In this document: positions 57,216 to 64,000 of the stretch, in pieces
Numbering within the stretch: the stretch's first letter is position 1
Layout of the letters: each line of letters starts with the position of its first letter
DNA from: the human T2T-CHM13v2.0 reference genome, Homo sapiens
Direction: 5' to 3' (one strand)
Assembly (NCBI RefSeq): GCF_009914755.1
Contig: NC_060935.1
DNA length: 64,000 bases
Made by a program: the position numbers and the translations under genes
The notes under the pieces: model-generated
Databases searched by the model: none
What the model saw: only the letters and a program-made list of their open reading frames with translations
Told to the model about the DNA's origin: nothing

Positions 57216-57529
57216 ACCAAGTCCACAGGGTCTCCCATTAGAGCAGACATGTGCTAATAAGAGCTCTACCTCTTCCTTTGTTTGGGTCTCCATGAACGGT
57301 GGCTACTCCCCACAGTCACCTCAGGAACACATGGTTCATTTATTTCATTCTCCTCACTAAATTATCTCTGTTTGAAACACCTAGTGCGGGTCCTGTTTCC
57401 CCACTGAGCCCAGATGAATAGAGAGGGAGAGAGGGAAAATGGCCCTGGAGCATGGGCCTGTGCTGTGTCAGGGACCTGCAAGCACATTACTTCATTGGAA
57501 TGACAGGCAGTTCCTGCAGGACCTTCAGG

Positions 57530-58220
57530 GTGAGTTAGTTTTTCTGCTGGACAGCACTAGCTGTTACAAAGTTTAATACGCCATATTGAGCTGAAATCGG
57601 TCTTCCTGTAATTCCTAGGTTTTACTCTTTATTCTGACACTGGAAGCCATATAGCTTATCCAATTTTTCTTTTTATGCGTCAGGCGTTTAGAAGAAGCTA
57701 TGTCTCCCCAAAGCCTTTTCTTTTCCAAATTAAGTATCTCCAGTCCTTCCAGCCATTTTTCTTCAAATATGACTTTTATCTTTTCCTTCCCTCTCCTAGG
57801 GCGTCTTCATTCAATGAAATCTTTGTGTCGATATAACTCTCAAATTTTGCCTAAATGAGAACAAATACTCCACATTTTGTATGGCCTTTGAGGAAGCAGT
57901 GAAATTACCACCCTCTTTACTCAAACATTACGTTTGTATTAAATTTGATCATTTGACTTTGTGTAATATATATTTTTATTTGTTTAGTGATGGTGGGCAG
58001 CACAAATTCTACTTTTCTCTCATAGCATACTGTGAATATCCCTGTTATTTCCTCCCCTCCACATGCAATGAAGTCAGATCTTTCTCATCCCATACCCCGG
58101 CAAATTTTAAAGTAATTTAAAATATTTATTTTTACTTCTACTGACTTTCATCTTGTAATTGTTTCAATCAATTATTCTAAGCAGCTGACGTATTTTTAAT
58201 CCTTTCTCTTCCCAGATTTT
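57530..58220 (-). mobile_element. L3/CR1 relic
   Basis: atattgagctgaaatc, gccttttcttttccaaattaagtatctccagtccttc, gaacaaatactcca. Confidence 0.6.
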
Positions 58221-58236
58221 TGCTGCATGCGAATTT

Positions 58237-58639
58237 CTTTCTTTTCTTTCTTTCTTTTCTTTTCTTTCTTTCTTTCTTTTTTTCCTTCCTTCCTTCTTTC
58301 TTTCTTTTTTTGTCTTTTTTTGTTTTGTTTTCTGGAGATAAAGTCTCACTCTGTCACCTAGGCTGGACTGCAGTGATGCAATCAGAGGTCATTGCAGCCT
58401 TGAACTCCTGGGCTCCAGAGATCCTCCTGGAGCCTCAGCCTCCTGAATATGAGCAGCTAGGACAACGAGTGCACACCATCATGCCCATCTAAATTTTTAT
58501 TTTATTTTTATTTTATTTTTGTAGAGACGGGGTTCTCACTATGTTGCCCAGGCTGGTCCCAAACTCCTGGCCTCAAGCAGTTCTCCCACCTGAGCCTCAC
58601 AGATTGCTGGGATTAGAGGCATGAGCTACCACATTGGCC
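58237..58639 (-). mobile_element. AluJ with long (TTTC/TTCC)n tail
   Basis: gcagccttgaactcctgggctc, cactatgttgcccaggctgg; degenerate TSD gctgcatgcgaattt 58222-58236 vs actatatgcaaattt 58640-58654. Confidence 0.94.
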
Positions 58640-59254
58640 ACTATATGCAAATTTGATAATCCTGCCTTGTATTTCACCATTTAAGTCTTTGAAAAGGGTA
58701 GAACCAAAAGCAGAGACCAATATCATAACCTATCAATAATAATTTTTCAAACTAGCCATTCACAACCGTCTGTTACATGTCCATTGAAGGAACCCATGTG
58801 CCTTCTAACTAGTCCACACACTAATGATTTGTTCTAAAATGTCCTCACTTCTCCCTGTGTTATCCCTTTCTTACCTATGGATGCTCTGGTCTTCTACACC
58901 CCTGTGCGTCTGATCATTTATTTCTGCCTCTGCATTCATCCTCTCAGCCGAGCTCTTTAGAGAGCTCCCTCTGCGGCCACACCCATTTCTTCAGCACTTC
59001 ATTTATTTGTGTGCTCATCAGGAAATTTTGTGATTCTATATTCAGAGTGTCCCAAACTTTTGTAGCTATTGTCATCACTAACTTTTTTGTTTGCTTTTAA
59101 ACGTGTGTTTCTTGAAGTCTAGAGTATGTGTCTTAGTATGTGGTACCTCCTTCTTCGCCTTGTGGGGTATTTTTCCAGCTTCTGGCCTCTTTCACTTTAA
59201 TTTCTGGCATTTCTTGAAAAGGCTCTGTGCCGTTTCTCTAAAGTTAGGCTAAGT

Positions 59255-59478
59255 TCAGTATTTTGCAAGCTATGTTCCATGAAATGTGAAATGGTATTGC
59301 ATAAAAGCCATGTTCTATGGTCAAATGATTTTGCTAGATCCTGCGTATAATGGCTATTGTTGGAAGATCCACAGTGTACAATAACATTAAAGGCTCCAAA
59401 TATTCCTGTAGTAAAAAAGCCAGCTTAACTTTGTTTAACCCAACACCTCCCCAGCTTAACTGACCATAGAACTCTTTC
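59255..59478. mobile_element. MER103C-like relic
   Basis: gttctatggtcaaatga...cattaaaggctc...cctgtagtaaaaaagccagcttaactttgtttaaccca. Confidence 0.65.
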
Positions 59479-59594
59479 TGGAATATGTATTTGTAGTTTG
59501 AGATCAGCCTCCACTTAAAACCTTCAGCTCACAGGTAGAATTCAGTTTGGTAGCATGAATTTTAAGGACAATTTTGTCTATGCATCTGCGTTTC

Positions 59595-59880
59595 CTCAAC
59601 ATTTACAAATCATGCCCCAGGTACCAGGAACTCTGCTAAGTTCTGAAATACAAAGATGAGTACAACATGGTTCTTGCCCTGATGTTGCTTACGATCTGCT
59701 GGCAGAGGATGAAAATATAAATGACTGGCCAGAATGCAAGCAGGGGTTCAAGCAAAATGAAATGGTATCATCAGAGAGGATGCGGTGAATTCAGATAAAG
59801 GGTATCTGGAAGGGTTTAAAGAGGTGAAATTTTATTTAGACCCAAAAGAATAAAGACAATTTCAAAAGGCCTCAGAGCAG
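59595..59880 (-). mobile_element. L2 fragment
   Basis: gtaccaggaactctgctaagttctgaaatacaaagatgagtacaacatggttcttgccct. Confidence 0.7.
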
Positions 59881-62559
59881 GACAAATAAAAGGCAATCAC
59901 AGAATTTTAGTTTTGAAAGGAGTACTGGGGAAAATAATTTCTTCAATAATTCACATTTAAAAAAATTTTCCTAACTGATCTTCACTAAGCATGCTCTTTT
60001 GTCTATTTCTCCATTAAGTACGGTACTTAATGCAATATATTTCCAAGTAATATACCTAACGAGGAATACTTGAAAACTCTTCCCATGGATTGTAGATTAT
60101 GTCAATATGGCCTAAAATTCTGTTTACGTTTTTGGTAACTACATATTGCATTATCTTAAATGATGCCATCAGTACATTTTTTTAATTGATATCTTAGCTA
60201 AACCATACCTCTTCTATCCCATATCTCCTTAAATATTTTTTAATCAAAAATAATACCTCACATTTATTCTAGAGAAATGTAACATTATTACATCCAGTTC
60301 CCAGCCTGCCAGTTTCGTTTTTTATTGTGATTTCATCATTCATATATTTAGTGTCTCCCCTGGTTCTTGCTATTCCTGATCTTGTAGGTGTGCTTTCTAT
60401 ATTGTTAAGTAAATGTTTGAATCATCTATAAAATCATTTCCAGGACAGGAGTGATGACAGAAACCTGAGGCCCTGCTAATTCACACCAAGACAACACCAA
60501 GAATAAGGACAGGGAGGTACGGACCTAAGCTGTCTCTTCCAGATAAAACAATTAGCCTTGTGCATGGAGGGAAGGCAAGGACAGGGCGAAGCGCAGGAAA
60601 TAGGGTTAAATGTGTGCTACACCCAGAGTGTGGAGGTAAGGAATGTGTTCTGAGGCAGCCTGGCAGCAGGGAAGCCTGACAGGCTCCGCATGAAGAGCTG
60701 TCTTGCCTAGGAGTGGCTTAGAAATTGGACAGCTCAGGTGACATGGGCCCCTTAGTTGGATAAGGAGGTAGGCACTGGAAGACTTTGCAGTGATGCAAAA
60801 GAGAGGGTAGGAGCCTCACCTCAGTAAGTGGCAGAGGAAACTGGCAGGGACACTGAGAAGAGGGAAACAGCAGGGAAAAATGCCCTCAGCAGTGCAAGAA
60901 ATGAGATGGGACAAACCAAGATTGAAAAGTATGTTTCTGTAGCACGGGATCAAATAAATGTGTGTCAGTAACAAATACAACGTAGAAAGAAAAATTCAGC
61001 TTGGAGCAGAGTGTGTTTGGGATATGATAGAACTTATACAGGGCAGTGTGAGTTGGTCATGCCCATGGTGGAGACCTGGAGCTCAGAGAAAGGCTATGCC
61101 TGGATGTGTAGCTTGAGGGACAGTTCTGATAACTGACATCACGGAAAGACACACACTCACACCCCTGGAGAAAGTGTGGAGTGTGATGAAAAGAGGATGG
61201 GAGAAAGAACTTCAGGGGATTGGGGGTCTGATGTAGAGACAGAAGGAGTGACCAGAGGGAGACCTCAGTGAGCGTGACGAGTCAGAAATGGGCAATGTCC
61301 TACCTGCCAAAGGATCTATGATTCCAGGGTGGCTGAGTCAGGATTTGTTCTTCCAAGTTCATTTTAATGTTTGGACATGAACACTTTATGTGGACACATT
61401 CATAGCAGGGCACTTTTACCATTTGTTAGCGTAAGTTCTAGGGTCTTTAAAAAAGACACTGTAGTCTGGGAAGTATCACTCCCTCAACCCTCAGCTGCTC
61501 CTGTCCCTCTGAGGCCAGCCTGGCATGGGAGCCCACCTTCCAGCTGGTTGCAGCTCCTCCTGGGAGGGAGGCCGGAGCATCTCAGCCCAGTTCTCTGCAG
61601 AAAGAACCAAGGCAAGTGCCAGGCTCTTGCAGGCTGTCTCATCAATATGCCTTTTCTCCATTTGCCTCCAGCTGCCAACTTGTTTGGGGAGGCGGAGGGA
61701 TGGAAGGTGGTGTTATTGCTTTTGACTTGACTTACTGTTTTGGTCTTTTACACATAATCTGCCCCCTGACCCAACATTAGCATAATGCTCATTAATCAAG
61801 CTCTGGCCTCCAATTAATGGCCAGCTGTGTGGATGCCGTGCATTTAATAGCTTCTGAATCAGTCAGGCAAGAGGTTAGGCAAATGATTTTGGCAGGAGGG
61901 GTGGGGAATTCTGAAAGAGACTGGAGGCATGTATCCATGCAGTAAGCATGTTTGACCTCATTCGTGAGCGATTGGAGAAGGAGGCCAGGAGGGGCATTGG
62001 CCAATCATCTTCCTCTCGTTCCCCATCCCTGAGTCCCCACCCTACCCCAGATGGCCTGAAGACAACACTCTCTTCCATCCTCCTGGCCTGGGGTCACACA
62101 CCCCCACATCACTGCCCAGGCAGCCGGCCAAAGAAGAAAGCCCCGATTTATTGCTCTTGGCAGCGTCTAGGCTGGGCATTTCTATAAACCCAGTGCCGGG
62201 CTGACTAATAAAACACACACCCAGATTCACCCCTCAATAAATGTCTTTCAACCTTTAATCCTGTTTGTTGCAGTCTTTAAGGGAACATTGATTCAGCAGG
62301 CAACGAGGGCTTTTCCTCCCATCTATCTCCCACCGATCGATGTTCTGTCACCCCACTCCACCCAGCCCGACAAAGGAGAGGCCTCTGAGGGGAGAGGAGG
62401 GCATCTCTCCAGATTTATTTCACTGCTTATGAAAGGAGTTTTTAAAACTGCCACATGTGTTAGCTCCTAGATAGCTTTTCTGATCCTCAGCTACTCTAGG
62501 TGACCTCCTTGAATTTGGAGCACAGGGCCCAGGTCACAGAGTAATGGCACAGACATGTG

Positions 62560-62900
62560 GAGGAGGAGTTCCTAATACAACTCAGCCAAAAAGGAGCTAC
62601 ATTTCCTCTCTTGGCCACCTTTTTTTCCCCAAGGTCTCCCACCTTAGTTAATAACACCAACATCCTCCTGGTCACCCTGGCGACACACCTGAGCTATCTC
62701 TACCCCTCCCTCCCTTTCCTGCCTATCCAAACAGGTCTCACGCCTCATCAATGCTGCCTCTTGGATCCATACCTCCTCTCCAGGCCATTGTCCTGCCCAC
62801 AGCTCAGACTCCAGAGACCCCCATCCAGAGCCCTGTGAGAGCTCATTCCTCGATCCCCATTATTCCAGTTCCTTCCTATCAATCCCTTGCTGGAACTGCC
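62560..62900 (+). mobile_element. L2 fragment
   Basis: cttagttaataacaccaacatcc...tatccaaacaggtc...gctgcctcttg. Confidence 0.5.
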
Positions 62901-63828
62901 GTATGGTGCTCTTTCTACGACAGGAATCTGATCACATCGTTGTCCTGATTATGAAAGGTTGGGTAACTTGCCCAAGGCCATACAGCTGGTGAGTGTCTGA
63001 GTGAAGACGGGAATCGGGTCATCCTATCTGTAATCTGCTGCTCTCCCACATGAGACACGAACTCCCCTCTTACTGTAAGGAATTTGATTTTACTTGTTTT
63101 TGGGACTGCCACATACTTCTCTGTATCATACACAGTGCCCATCCTATTATTGAAATTCAGTAAATATTTGCTCACAGAACATATCCATAAACAACATCCT
63201 GAGGTCATGTCAAGTATGAATAACGTGCGTCTTCAGAGAAATCTCTGGGGCATTTCTTTGGGAGCAAGCATCAGACAAATAAACATCATTTGAGGTTTTT
63301 AATAGGAGATCAGTAAACCTTAATAAGATTGGAATCAGCTATTTAGTGTTAAGCTATAAATAAACAGAAGGGGACGGTCTGTTCCTGAGACTGTGTAATG
63401 TTTCTAGTCTCATAGTTCATAGGCCAGTGAACAGACAGGATGTCTACACCTGCAGTGCATGCCCAGGGCCAATATGCTTCATGCTACAGTGCAGGGAGAT
63501 AAGAGAAGGGTGCAGGCTTGTCACCAAGGTACACGGACTCCTCTCCCTACGCACAGAGGGACATCCCGGCAGTGCCCCAGGAGAGTGTCACTTCCATCCT
63601 GCTGATCTGTTTGAGAAGTCACCATTGCACCCACCTGGCCAATCCTCAGTCTCTTCAGTGGTAAAAACAGATACATACGCCTGTGTTGTCTGCCTCTGGA
63701 AATGCCAGCCCACTCCAGCTATATGACTGAATTAGCAACAATGTATCCAATTTCTGGGGACACCTTTGACCTAATTTTCCCAACGGCCACCCAGATTAAT
63801 GCAGCTGCCAAAGCCAAAGGCCACTGTG

Positions 63829-63832
63829 CAAA

Positions 63833-63870
<38 letters not shown>

Positions 63871-63882
63871 GAAAAAAAGAAA
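63829..63882. repeat. A-rich / (GAAAA)n tract
   Basis: A20 followed by gaaaa units. Confidence 0.9.
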
Positions 63883-64000
63883 CCCAGGACTGATTTATCA
63901 CCTCCCACCCTCCACTCTGGCCTGGTGTCAACCTCTCCCTTCCAAGCTACAGGTCAGAGGAAAAGCAAGAACTGTCAAGACTTAGCTTAGACTGTGGCCT

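Overview
Primate (human-like) genomic DNA, intergenic or intronic in character. I recognise no host protein-coding gene, tRNA/rRNA/snRNA or CRISPR array, and I cannot name the locus. The only recognisable protein sequence is disabled LINE-1 ORF2. The long ORFs at 4.5-5.6 kb and 32.5-34 kb are simple-repeat artefacts. Repeats: 8 Alus (most with visible target-site duplications, TSDs), a 5'-truncated L1PA4-like element, a 5'-inverted (twin-primed) L1PA13/14-like element carrying an Alu, an L1MA4-like element split by a THE1D LTR, L1ME fragments, Tigger4b, MER20, MER103C, MLT1 LTRs, and many MIR, L2 and L3 relics. Non-transposon highlights: (1) a CpG-rich island at ~40.5-42 kb containing a 20-bp tandem repeat of CACCTG E-boxes, YY1/GC-box motifs, minus-strand splice donors and a 48-codon smORF, with a CTCF-like site just outside; (2) minus-strand exon-like segments at 15.7-15.9, 13.7-13.9 and 2.5-2.7 kb that could form a spliced lncRNA; (3) two complex simple repeats with hidden higher-order periods (149/121 bp and 177 bp); (4) a triplicated microsatellite cassette; (5) several templated-insertion or repair scars. 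I found nothing that supports a new multi-gene system. Repeat subfamily calls come from recalled consensus sequences, and boundaries of old repeats are approximate.
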